Positions 1-8,163 of a DNA stretch of 64,000 nt are shown in pieces. The notes under the pieces were generated by a model, which ran no database searches, was not told where the DNA came from, and was given only the letters and a program-made list of their open reading frames with translations. The stretch's first letter is position 1. The number at the start of each line of letters is the position of its first letter. The stretch spans positions 14,891 to 78,890 of IMG/VR virus record IMGVR_UViG_3300030108_005139; one strand, written 5' to 3'. Origin of the DNA: a virus. The position numbers were made by a program, and so were the translations under genes.

Positions 1-1229
1 ATATAGGCTGGGTAGTCCATTGAAAACTCAACGTGAGGATCGGGGGCCAACGAAGCATCTTCTTCAAGCTTAATATCACTAGCATATTTTGCCATAAAGT
101 TAGGAAGATGTTCATACATAAGTTCGTGCATATCTTCTGCACCACCTTCGTCTTGGCCAGGATAAACATCGTAACGGTCGTAATATTCCTGCTCCAAATT
201 ATAGCCAAAATTGCCTTCTAGGTAATCAACAGGGTCACTTTGAAATTCTTCGTATTCACTATTAGATTGCTCATCTATATACTCATCAATTGCATCATCA
301 ATCATTTTAGCCATTGCTGTTAAGTGCGGTGATTGACTATTACGAAACTGATATGCTATGTTCTGCATCGAACTAAGTGTGGCATATCTTTCGGGCTCCA
401 AGAACGTGTCAGAAATGAACGTATCCATTTCATCCATAATCCCCATAATAAGCTCATCGGTTCCCAGGACTGCCTCATAAAAAGTATCTAAAGGAATCAC
501 CTTGTCAAAATAACGAACTTTAGGAAACCCAGACCATTCAGCATCTAAATCAAAAACATATCTTTTAAATAATTCAACATTGTCAACTCCTGACAAAATG
601 TGAATGAGTTGTTCTTCTTCATCTTCCGGGTCAAGTTCTAAGTTTCTTTGAATTGCTTTTGTTTCTGTGTACTCCTCTAGCTCTGTTTTAATTAATGGAT
701 GTTCCAACAATAATTTTAAGAAACTGTTTGCTTCTCGGGAACCATCTTTAGAAATCATTTCTAGTGTTCGTTGATACAACTCGGGGGCACCATAATCTGC
801 CAGACTAATAGCCATCTCAAACAATAAAATTAAGCGATCTCTACGTTCATTTTGTGCTTGTGGTGGGATTCCAATAACTTCTTGATCAACATATTTGTCT
901 ACAAGTCCCTCAGAATCAACAATGTAATCTTCTAAAAAATTATATTCATAGAATTCTGATAGGTCTCTCTCAATTACATTTTGATAAAAGTAGTCTTGAT
1001 CCAGATAATTTCTGGCAAACTGCTCTAACGTTGGAAGGTCTCCTCTTCCAGCCGCACCGGCTGATTGATTAGAAAGCAATTCAATTTCATATGAAATAGT
1101 AAAGCGTTCGCCTGCTTCTAGAATAGCGGCTTTATCAGATTCCTTGAACTCTTGAATCAGTTCTTCTTCTAATATTTCTTCTTTTTCTTCGTTTCTAAAT
1201 TTTCGCCAGTTTTCAAACAGTGATTTCAT
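1..1229 (-). CDS. Putative amidoligase (Amidoligase_2/COOH-NH2 ligase-like), partial, runs off left edge
   Basis: Absent from the ORF track. Translated by hand from ATG at 1229 (MKSLFENWRKFRNEE...), open to position 1. Contains FTISYEIEL and LEEDASL..DPHVEFS, resembling the FGxEIE and xxDGSL...EFVSP motifs of this family. Confidence 0.6.
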   Translation of the reverse strand, partial: MKSLFENWRKFRNEEKEEILEEELIQEFKESDKAAILEAGERFTISYEIELLSNQSAGAAGRGDLPTLEQFARNYLDQDYFYQNVIERDLSEFYEYNFLEDYIVDSEGLVDKYVDQEVIGIPPQAQNERRDRLILLFEMAISLADYGAPELYQRTLEMISKDGSREANSFLKLLLEHPLIKTELEEYTETKAIQRNLELDPEDEEEQLIHILSGVDNVELFKRYVFDLDAEWSGFPKVRYFDKVIPLDTFYEAVLGTDELIMGIMDEMDTFISDTFLEPERYATLSSMQNIAYQFRNSQSPHLTAMAKMIDDAIDEYIDEQSNSEYEEFQSDPVDYLEGNFGYNLEQEYYDRYDVYPGQDEGGAEDMHELMYEHLPNFMAKYASDIKLEEDASLAPDPHVEFSMDYPAY

Positions 1230-1235
1230 TATCAA

Positions 1236-1772
1236 TCAATCCTTCTTTTTAGATTTTTTGCCCCACTTCTTACCTTTCCCTTTCGTTCCACAGGCTGCTG
1301 GGGTTGGCCGACAAGCTGGATATTTTGAACGCTTTTCACCTTTTGATCTACCACAGGCTTTGCACTTCTTTCTTCCAGTCTTTGGATCCTTTCGGCAGGT
1401 ATTGCAATCTACCCAACCTTTACTTCCGCCTCCCCCAGCGCGGCTAAACCACCCGTGGAGCCCAGACTTTTTCTCTTTTGAGTAGTCAGTCCGTGCTTTC
1501 TTTTTTTTTTCGTCTAGACAAGCTTCAATTTCTTCATCGATAATACGATACAAGTCTTCCTTGACACCTTTCCAGATCTCTCCTCTGCGACATCTTACAA
1601 CAGCGCCAGAGGCATATGCAGAAGGCCACACATCGTATTTGCGCTTGGCAATGCGTGTACAGCGATCATCTTTTTTCTTTTTAGCCTTCTTCTTCTTTTT
1701 CTTCTTTTTTTTCTTCTTCTCATCTAAGAAGGCTTCAATTTCTTCATCAATAATTTTTTCAATATTATCCAT
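1236..1772 (-). CDS. Basic Lys/Cys-rich phage protein with two modules (WPSAYASG and GLxxWF..WVD..CGR..YPxCRP), probable internal virion protein
   Basis: Poly-Lys tracts, repeated IIDEEIEAxLDEKKKK, and modules I recognise from large-phage hypothetical proteins. Confidence 0.6.
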   Translation of the reverse strand: MDNIEKIIDEEIEAFLDEKKKKKKKKKKKAKKKKDDRCTRIAKRKYDVWPSAYASGAVVRCRRGEIWKGVKEDLYRIIDEEIEACLDEKKKKARTDYSKEKKSGLHGWFSRAGGGGSKGWVDCNTCRKDPKTGRKKCKACGRSKGEKRSKYPACRPTPAACGTKGKGKKWGKKSKKKD

Positions 1773-1774
1773 AA

Positions 1775-2182
1775 TTATTTATTCCCTGGAACATAATGAA
1801 TTCCAAAAGCGTTGCTCAATGCTCTTGACAGCCCTTCAGGATTGTCGTGATTTTCTTTGACGAGTTCCTTTATTCTTCTTTCTTTATTTAGTTTGTTACT
1901 CACCAAATCATCTTCCAATTGTTCATCAAGTTGTTCCATAACTTCCTGATGAACACGAATAATCTCATCTCTTTGGGCAATCTCGTTAGCGTGTGATTCA
2001 TTAAGGGTTTCTATTTGCTCTTCATAAGATTTATTTCTTGTCCTCAACAAGTCTCTAGCCACATCAGATCTCCTACTAAAAAGGGCCGCCAAAGCAAGAA
2101 CAGCGATCAGGGGAACATACCAGTGGTTTTTAATCCACACCCAAGATCGCTGCAAGAAATGCTTGACTGCCAGCCAAGTCAT
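1775..2182 (-). CDS. Membrane-anchored coiled-coil protein (i-spanin/Rz-like)
   Basis: Likely start MTWLAVK at 2182 (ATGA overlap with the upstream stop). N-terminal TM segment WYVPLIAVLALAALF followed by coiled coil. Confidence 0.45.
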   Translation of the reverse strand: MTWLAVKHFLQRSWVWIKNHWYVPLIAVLALAALFSRRSDVARDLLRTRNKSYEEQIETLNESHANEIAQRDEIIRVHQEVMEQLDEQLEDDLVSNKLNKERRIKELVKENHDNPEGLSRALSNAFGIHYVPGNK

Positions 2183-2370
2183 TTGCCGTGTTTCCAAGTC
2201 GCGGCTAAGTCCGCAAATCCTTGAATACCTACATATCCAATCGTAATTGCTGTCCATTGCTCATTATTAATAAAGCCCAAACATAAAAATGTTGAGGCAG
2301 TGATCCAAGATAAAAGTTTACGACTGATTATTTTATTGAGCCCTTTATCTAGTGCTTGTTTCATACTCAT
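2179..2370 (-). CDS. Small two-TM membrane protein (holin-like)
   Basis: Start MSMKQ at 2370 with an AGGAGG SD. 63 aa; SRKLL followed by two hydrophobic segments and a basic C-terminus. Confidence 0.5.
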   Translation of the reverse strand: MSMKQALDKGLNKIISRKLLSWITASTFLCLGFINNEQWTAITIGYVGIQGFADLAATWKHGK

Positions 2371-2386
2371 AAACCCTCCTTGGTAA

Positions 2387-2464
2387 TTACGAGCAACAGC
2401 ATCCGTCACAGGCACAGTCACAATCGCACCTACACTGCCTACATCCATTTACAATCTTATTCAT
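2387..2464 (-). CDS. 25-aa cysteine-rich microprotein MNKIVNGCRQCRCDCDCACDGCCCS (metallothionein-like)
   Basis: AAGGAGG SD 9 nt upstream of ATG 2464; TAA at 2387-2389; fills the intergenic gap; 9 Cys in 25 aa. Confidence 0.7.
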   Translation of the reverse strand: MNKIVNGCRQCRCDCDCACDGCCCS

Positions 2465-2726
2465 TTGACAAATCCTCCTTTTCTTCCTCCAGAGCAAACC
2501 CATAAATATGCTTCATTATAATCTTGCTCATAGGTTCTTTTAACATTATTGCATTCGCGGCTTGTTGAGCCAGCCCTCGATCTACCTTTGTAACATCCTC
2601 AATAACGTCAGCAATTTTGCCTGCAATCTGATCCCTGTAATCAGTTGGATCAGAGGCATACTCGTGTTTTTCCTCTTCAAGAGTCTCTAAAATAACTTGT
2701 TTTAATTGGGATTTAGTGAACTTCAT
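2457..2726 (-). CDS. Small hypothetical protein with MKxTxSQLKxxIxE leader
   Basis: AAGGAG SD, upstream ACTATTTATTG motif, leader shared with 6940-7218. Confidence 0.75.
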   Translation of the reverse strand: MKFTKSQLKQVILETLEEEKHEYASDPTDYRDQIAGKIADVIEDVTKVDRGLAQQAANAIMLKEPMSKIIMKHIYGFALEEEKEDLSNE

Positions 2727-2751
2727 ATTGGTCTCCTTGGAAGGTCCACCA

Positions 2752-2760
2752 ATAAATAGT
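2752..2760 (-). promoter_or_regulatory. Candidate phage late promoter ACTATTTAT
   Basis: About 25 nt upstream of the 2726 start; same motif at 7254-7262 and 12535-12543. Confidence 0.55.
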
Positions 2761-5700
2761 CTACTGATTTACAAATGCAAGACCATTTTTTTTGTCAATT
2801 GTGATTTGTTGGTCAACACAATCTTTAAGAGAGTCAAGGTGGGAGATGAGTATCACGGTCTTAAAGTAAGATTTGACAAGATCAAGAATACGAATAAAAC
2901 TTTCCATATTCTCTTCGTCTAGTGCTGTGCCTGGTTCATCAAGGATAAAAATGTCTCCTTGTGGCAGTGACGAAACTGTCAATAAAGACAAACGAATAGC
3001 AATTGCAGCAATAGACTTTTCGCTTCCACTGCCCATTGCAATTGGTCTAGGATCGTACTTTGGATGTTTGATTAAAATATTTAATCTGTTTTCGTCGTTT
3101 TCAAAGTACACTTCAAAGTCAACAATATTTGCAAGAATCTTAGCAATCTCATTGTTGATTACTGGCAGCCTCTTCTTAATGATATCGTATGCAATACCGT
3201 TACTGTGCATACACCGCATAAACAGATCGTATGCTGAGAACTCTTCGCGAAAGTCAGCCAGTTCCTGCTTTTGTTCGTTGATTGAAGCAAGCTTCTGCTC
3301 AAGTGAGCCGTGTAGCTTGTAAAGTTCCAATATGTCTTTTTCACAAGATTCCAGTTGCTCTTGTGACTTTTGAATTAGTTGATCACCTTGATCTCGCTCA
3401 GAGATTAACTCCTCTAAGTTTTCAATTGCTTCTTTGTTTTTTTCGTACTCTTGAATCTTTTGTTCTAGAAGAGAAATTTGCTCCTCGGCCTTTGAAATCT
3501 CGTGCTTTCTTTTTTCTAGCGAGAGTTCAACTTTAACAATTTGGTTTTTTATCTCTCCCTGTTTTGTTTTTAACTTCTCGTATTTGTCCAGGTAGCTCTG
3601 TATCTGTTCAGGGTTAAGTTCCTCAATAACCACTTCAGTCTTTTCTTTTTTGAATAGAAAATCCTGTACTTGTTGGTGGATGTCGTCTTTTTTATCCAAT
3701 GCATCATAAGCATCCTTAATAAACTTGCAGTGACTAAATTCTGAACCACAAGGAACTTCCTTTAGAAGACAAGACTTGTTGTTGATATCCTTTTGTTTTC
3801 TTTCAAGAGTATCTAGATCTTCTTGAATGTGCGATAGGATTTCTTCAAGGTTGTTTAAATTTTCTTGCCTGTTCTTATATAAATCGATATCAAAGTCATC
3901 AACAAATTTGCTTATCTCCATCAAAACTTCTTGTCTGTTTGATAGTTTTTCTTCTTCTTGGGCTTGAAGGAGAACTAGGTCGTTATAAGAATCTTTCAAA
4001 TTAATCAATGATTTATTGATATCTTTGACGTTAATAATCTCTGCTGGAATTGAATCTATTTTGCCGGTAAGATACGCGACCTTTTCTTGAAGAGAGGAGA
4101 TATCCTCTCTAATCTTCTCGCACTCTCTTTCCTTCTGCTTTGTTGTGTTTTCATTTTCTTCTAGTTCATATTCGGCTTCTTTAATTTCTTGATCAAATTC
4201 TTTCCCTTCAAGTCTTTTTAATGCACCCTTTAAATCAGAGGCATCGTCTTTTGCCATCTTGAACTTCTTGTCAAAGATATGAAGATCTAAAAACTTTGCT
4301 AAGATTTCCTTTCGCTTCGTTGAACCCTCGTTGATAAACTGGAGAGAATCAAGCTGAGAAGCCATAGAGGTTAACAAGAAATCATCTAATGAGCCAAAAA
4401 CACGACGAATGTTTTTGTCTGTTTCTATTCTTGTTAAGCCGTTTAGTGGCGTATTAGTTTGCGTAACTTCGTTGTATTTGTTGAATTCAACGTTTGTCTT
4501 TGCCTCTGTCGAGGTTTTGCCTTTTAATTTCCTAACGTACTTCTCTAAATCTCTTTGGATGACATAGTGCTCGTTACCAATCTCTATTTCAACTAAACCA
4601 CTGGCTGTGTTTTCGTTTTGATTAATAACGTTGACATTCTTGCGCTCGTTTTTAGAAGTCGAATTAAAGATTGTAAAAAGAAGCGAATCGATGATTGAAC
4701 TCTTCCCAGAGTAGTTTTTACCAAAAATTCCAACAGTTCCACGTAGTTTTTCAAAATCGATAGCATTGCTTTCTCCGTAGTTAAAAAGGTTATCCCACGA
4801 CAATCGTTTTAGTTTCCAGTTGATGTTTCTGGACACATCTTCGTTTTCTTCTGCGAGCTTGTTATATTTTTTATTTAACTTAAAAACTTTTTCTAGGATC
4901 TCATCGCTTACCTCGTAATCTTTAAGGTAATCTTCCATTAGCTCTTCTTGGACTTCTATATCACGGAGGTCTTCCTTGTCAAAAAGAACGCTTAAATCCT
5001 CACCAACATTTCCCTTATCTGTTGCTCTATTGAGGAATGATATGGACTCTGGTCTAAAACGAACCTTTGCAACATCAACCGCTTTGCGAAGCTTGTTGAG
5101 AGACAAGTTGTTGTTAGAAATAACACGAAGACGAACGCCTTCGGGTATATCAATGTCTTTTGGAAATTTGCCCTTTGAATTGAGTTCTATTGTGATGAAG
5201 GGCTTTGGATTGTTTAGACGAATATGCTTGCAGGTATATTCATTTTTATTTTTTAAATCCCACAACAAATACCCCTTATCGTTGGTTTCACCAAAGTTTT
5301 GTTGAACTAAGGAGCCTGCATATCTAACCTTACCTTTGTCGTCCATAATTTGATTTGTCTTATGGATATCGCCAAGAAAGATGTAATCGTGTGCTTCAAA
5401 ACATTCTGTTGAGTCATCGCTCTCGTTAATAACCCAACCAGCATCTGTTTCAGAACCAGCAATCGCTCCGTGATATAACCCAATATTTACTGCATTTGGA
5501 TCACTTGGTGTTTGCCAATTGTCTGGATCAAAGATTGATAGACTATTAAATTTAAAGTCCAAGCCATCTTCTGTGTTAATTAAAACCTCTCTTGAGTCCC
5601 TAATCAAATGGAGATCAGGGTGCTCAAGTGCCTCAACCACTGGAGTCACAGCATCTTGACGTGCCATATTCCTTAGATTGCCGTCGTGGTTTCCAAGTAT

Positions 5701-5925
5701 AATGTAAGTGGGAGCAATGTCAGCAAGGTTACGAAACAAGTCCGTTGCCATCTTGACAAACTCTGGTGAGATTTGTGTTTTTGTGTGTGCAATATCACCG
5801 CACAAAACAATGCAGTCTACATCTTGTTCTTTTAGTGATTCGTAGAACTGATTAAAAACTTCGTTGTATTCATAATGATATTTTAAATTTCGTATGTGGA
5901 TGTCTGCTGTATGTGCTATTCTCAT
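2761..5925 (-). CDS. Fused Mre11/SbcD nuclease - Rad50/SbcC SMC-like ATPase (gp47-gp46 fusion)
   Basis: Metallophosphoesterase motifs ADIH, GD, GNHD, GDIH; Walker A GKNYSGKSS; long coiled coil; Walker B ILDEP; ISH switch. Confidence 0.93.
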   Translation of the reverse strand: MRIAHTADIHIRNLKYHYEYNEVFNQFYESLKEQDVDCIVLCGDIAHTKTQISPEFVKMATDLFRNLADIAPTYIILGNHDGNLRNMARQDAVTPVVEALEHPDLHLIRDSREVLINTEDGLDFKFNSLSIFDPDNWQTPSDPNAVNIGLYHGAIAGSETDAGWVINESDDSTECFEAHDYIFLGDIHKTNQIMDDKGKVRYAGSLVQQNFGETNDKGYLLWDLKNKNEYTCKHIRLNNPKPFITIELNSKGKFPKDIDIPEGVRLRVISNNNLSLNKLRKAVDVAKVRFRPESISFLNRATDKGNVGEDLSVLFDKEDLRDIEVQEELMEDYLKDYEVSDEILEKVFKLNKKYNKLAEENEDVSRNINWKLKRLSWDNLFNYGESNAIDFEKLRGTVGIFGKNYSGKSSIIDSLLFTIFNSTSKNERKNVNVINQNENTASGLVEIEIGNEHYVIQRDLEKYVRKLKGKTSTEAKTNVEFNKYNEVTQTNTPLNGLTRIETDKNIRRVFGSLDDFLLTSMASQLDSLQFINEGSTKRKEILAKFLDLHIFDKKFKMAKDDASDLKGALKRLEGKEFDQEIKEAEYELEENENTTKQKERECEKIREDISSLQEKVAYLTGKIDSIPAEIINVKDINKSLINLKDSYNDLVLLQAQEEEKLSNRQEVLMEISKFVDDFDIDLYKNRQENLNNLEEILSHIQEDLDTLERKQKDINNKSCLLKEVPCGSEFSHCKFIKDAYDALDKKDDIHQQVQDFLFKKEKTEVVIEELNPEQIQSYLDKYEKLKTKQGEIKNQIVKVELSLEKRKHEISKAEEQISLLEQKIQEYEKNKEAIENLEELISERDQGDQLIQKSQEQLESCEKDILELYKLHGSLEQKLASINEQKQELADFREEFSAYDLFMRCMHSNGIAYDIIKKRLPVINNEIAKILANIVDFEVYFENDENRLNILIKHPKYDPRPIAMGSGSEKSIAAIAIRLSLLTVSSLPQGDIFILDEPGTALDEENMESFIRILDLVKSYFKTVILISHLDSLKDCVDQQITIDKKNGLAFVNQ

Positions 5926-5956
5926 TTACACCTATCCATTAAAATGGTTTGACACC

Positions 5957-5985
5957 ATTATACAATAGTGTTTTAGGTTAGTCAA
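5957..5985 (-). promoter_or_regulatory. sigma70-type promoter TTGACT-N17-TATAAT for the Mre11-Rad50 gene
   Basis: Near-consensus -35 and -10 boxes with 17-nt spacing, about 30 nt upstream of ATG 5925. Confidence 0.75.
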
Positions 5986-6910
5986 GTGGATTTGTATTTT
6001 TTTTCAGATATTCGCGATCCGCCCACACACTACCAAGGTACCTCTCGCCTCGATCACAAAGCATAGTAACAACAGTTCCCGTAATGTTATTTTCTTCTAT
6101 CCACTTTTCTGCTGCCAATATATTGGCTCCGGCTGATATTCCTACTAGTAAGCCGTTTTCAACTGCTAGTCTTCTTGCTCGCTCTTTAGCATCCTCAGTC
6201 TTTATTCTAATAATTTCGTCAAACAGAGAAGTATCAGCTAAAAAATCTTCTCCGTCGCTAATGCCTTGAATTCCGTGCTGATCGCTTGGCTCGTCAGGCT
6301 TGACCATTATAATTTTTGTGTTTAAGCTCGGGGTTTTTTGTATGAAGCTATGAACACCCATTATTGTTCCACCTGTGCCTACACCCGACACAAATCCAGC
6401 CCACGCAGTATTACCTGGAATTTGCTCGTATATCTCAGGGGCTGTTTTGTGCATATGGCACTTTATATTGTCGCTATTTTCAAATTGACACGGAGACCAG
6501 CTGTCATCGATACAGGCTAAGATTTCGTTTCTTTTCTGTATCGCAGCATCGAAATCACTAGCAGCAACCTCCAATATGTCGGCTCCAAATGCACGCATCA
6601 TCTGCTTTCTCTCTTCTGACATATTTGAAGGCATTACTATCTGGACTGGGTTTCCCATTGCAGCACCAAGTGCCGAGAGTGAGATGCCGGTATTGCCGCT
6701 TGTTGCTTCAACTAAAAGAGTAGTTGACTTTATTTCTGAGTTTTTTATCGCTCCTTCAACAACATACGATATCATTCTGTCTTTAACAGACCCTGTAGGG
6801 TTTGCTGTTTCAAGTTTTCCATACAGATTTTTTGAGATCTTAACTAAAGGTGTATTGCCTACAGCTTTTAAGAAATTTAATGCTGGGCTTTCTTTAAAAC
6901 CTGCAGGCAT
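5978..6910 (-). CDS. cysK: PLP-dependent cysteine synthase (CysK/CysM family)
   Basis: GNTPLV, NPTGSVKDR (PLP lysine), EATSGNTG, GVGTGGT, IQGI, GISAGA, DRGERY; GGAGG SD. Confidence 0.9.
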   Translation of the reverse strand: MPAGFKESPALNFLKAVGNTPLVKISKNLYGKLETANPTGSVKDRMISYVVEGAIKNSEIKSTTLLVEATSGNTGISLSALGAAMGNPVQIVMPSNMSEERKQMMRAFGADILEVAASDFDAAIQKRNEILACIDDSWSPCQFENSDNIKCHMHKTAPEIYEQIPGNTAWAGFVSGVGTGGTIMGVHSFIQKTPSLNTKIIMVKPDEPSDQHGIQGISDGEDFLADTSLFDEIIRIKTEDAKERARRLAVENGLLVGISAGANILAAEKWIEENNITGTVVTMLCDRGERYLGSVWADREYLKKNTNPLD

Positions 6911-6939
6911 ATGCTAACCTCCGCTAAGGAATATCTTCC

Positions 6940-7218
6940 TTATTCCTTGTAAAAAGTCATTGTACCCTTGGGGGTAATAGAAAAGAAACTGCGATCAAGC
7001 AAAGCTTCTAAGCGATTTAAACCCATAATCTGTATCTGGCGTACATCATCGGCATCCATTTTATTTATAATTTCTTCTACATCAACATCTACTCCATCGG
7101 GAAAACCCTTAGATGCACGAGAAACTGCGTCCGTAATGCCTGCCAATCTATCTTTTGGTGATTGAGAACTCAACTCCTCTAAAATCATTTTCTTTAATTG
7201 TGACCTGGTAATTTTCAT
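6940..7218 (-). CDS. Small hypothetical protein with MKITRSQLKKMILEEL leader
   Basis: GAGGTG SD; upstream ACTATTTATTG motif. Confidence 0.75.
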   Translation of the reverse strand: MKITRSQLKKMILEELSSQSPKDRLAGITDAVSRASKGFPDGVDVDVEEIINKMDADDVRQIQIMGLNRLEALLDRSFFSITPKGTMTFYKE

Positions 7219-7227
7219 ATTGCACCT

Positions 7228-8163
7228 CTACAATGAACTAAGCGTTCGATACAATAAATAGTTGTCTGAGTTTATAAGCGTTGCTTTTTTCTTCAGACGT
7301 AAAAAATTTGCTTTGGGCATCGCACCAACATCTTCGTATGCCGTTGTATCTATCTTGTAGATTTCAATCCCATACTCCAAAAACTTCTCTATTAACCTGT
7401 TTTCTTTTTTCTTTGCGTCTCGATCAAATGCGATATAGACGGGAGTGTCGTTGCGAACTATCTCCTGAAACAAGGGCGACTCCTCATTTAAGGTCGAACC
7501 AAGCACAGGAACTGCGTTTGGCCCTGCAATAATCGCATCAAAGACACCTTCTACAATTGTAAGATCTTCATCAAAGTCAAGATAAAGATGATTGAATACA
7601 ATGTCACGACTGGCTTGTGGGTTCATATATTTGTAACCGCCCCTCTTATATGATCTGGCTACAAAATAATTTGCTCGACCACAAAGAGAAAACGATGGTA
7701 CAACAACACGACCACCAAACTTACCTGTTGGGCAATAGCCAATTTTCCATTGAAGAATATCTTTTTTTGTTATTCCCCTATCATAAAGATATTTCAGTGG
7801 AATACGACTGGCGTGATTGTCGGTACCATTTGCCAAAGAGACAAATTCATTTGGAAGATCAACAAACTGTTCTGTTTCTTCCTCTTTGTTTTCTGAGAAA
7901 AGATCATAGAACTCATTAATATCAACCCTGTCCTCTGTCTCGTCCCAAGCTTGTCTATCTTTGAAGCTACCAAAGCGACGAACAACACGACGTATAGATC
8001 TGCCTGAATAATCGCAGATCCAACACTTAAAGACATTTTTTTCTAAATTAACGGAAAACTTACGTTTATGATGGTCACACTTTGGACACTTGAATAAGTA
8101 TTCGTCATTCGTCCGACTGCAATAACCCAGAACATCTCTTAGGATTTCAATCCTTCTTTCCAA
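7228..8163 (-). CDS. DNA primase (zinc-binding domain + TOPRIM)
   Basis: CPKC..HH..CWIC zinc motif, YLYDRGI, VEGVFDA, AFDRDA. Confidence 0.9.
   Translation of the reverse strand: MERRIEILRDVLGYCSRTNDEYLFKCPKCDHHKRKFSVNLEKNVFKCWICDYSGRSIRRVVRRFGSFKDRQAWDETEDRVDINEFYDLFSENKEEETEQFVDLPNEFVSLANGTDNHASRIPLKYLYDRGITKKDILQWKIGYCPTGKFGGRVVVPSFSLCGRANYFVARSYKRGGYKYMNPQASRDIVFNHLYLDFDEDLTIVEGVFDAIIAGPNAVPVLGSTLNEESPLFQEIVRNDTPVYIAFDRDAKKKENRLIEKFLEYGIEIYKIDTTAYEDVGAMPKANFLRLKKKATLINSDNYLLYRTLSSL
7254..7262 (-). promoter_or_regulatory. Candidate late promoter ACTATTTAT within the primase 3' end
   Basis: Same ACTATTTATTG 11-mer as upstream of 2726; about 35 nt upstream of the 7218 start. Confidence 0.5.

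Noticed and set aside
1497-1720. Poly-T/CTT tracts as phase-variation or frameshift sites
   Set aside because: They encode poly-Lys with mixed AAA/AAG codons, and the reading frame is intact.
1775-2182. Nested o-spanin lipoprotein
   Set aside because: The SD-preceded alternative-frame start I found gives only MWLETC-stop; no lipobox ORF seen.
2371-2448. N-terminal extension MDVGSVGAIVTVP... of the holin-like ORF
   Set aside because: A strong SD sits at the internal Met 2370, and the region is better explained by the Cys-rich ORF in another frame.
5949-5977. Plus-strand promoter starting at TTGACA 5949
   Set aside because: No plausible -10 box at 16-18 nt spacing and no credible plus-strand gene downstream.
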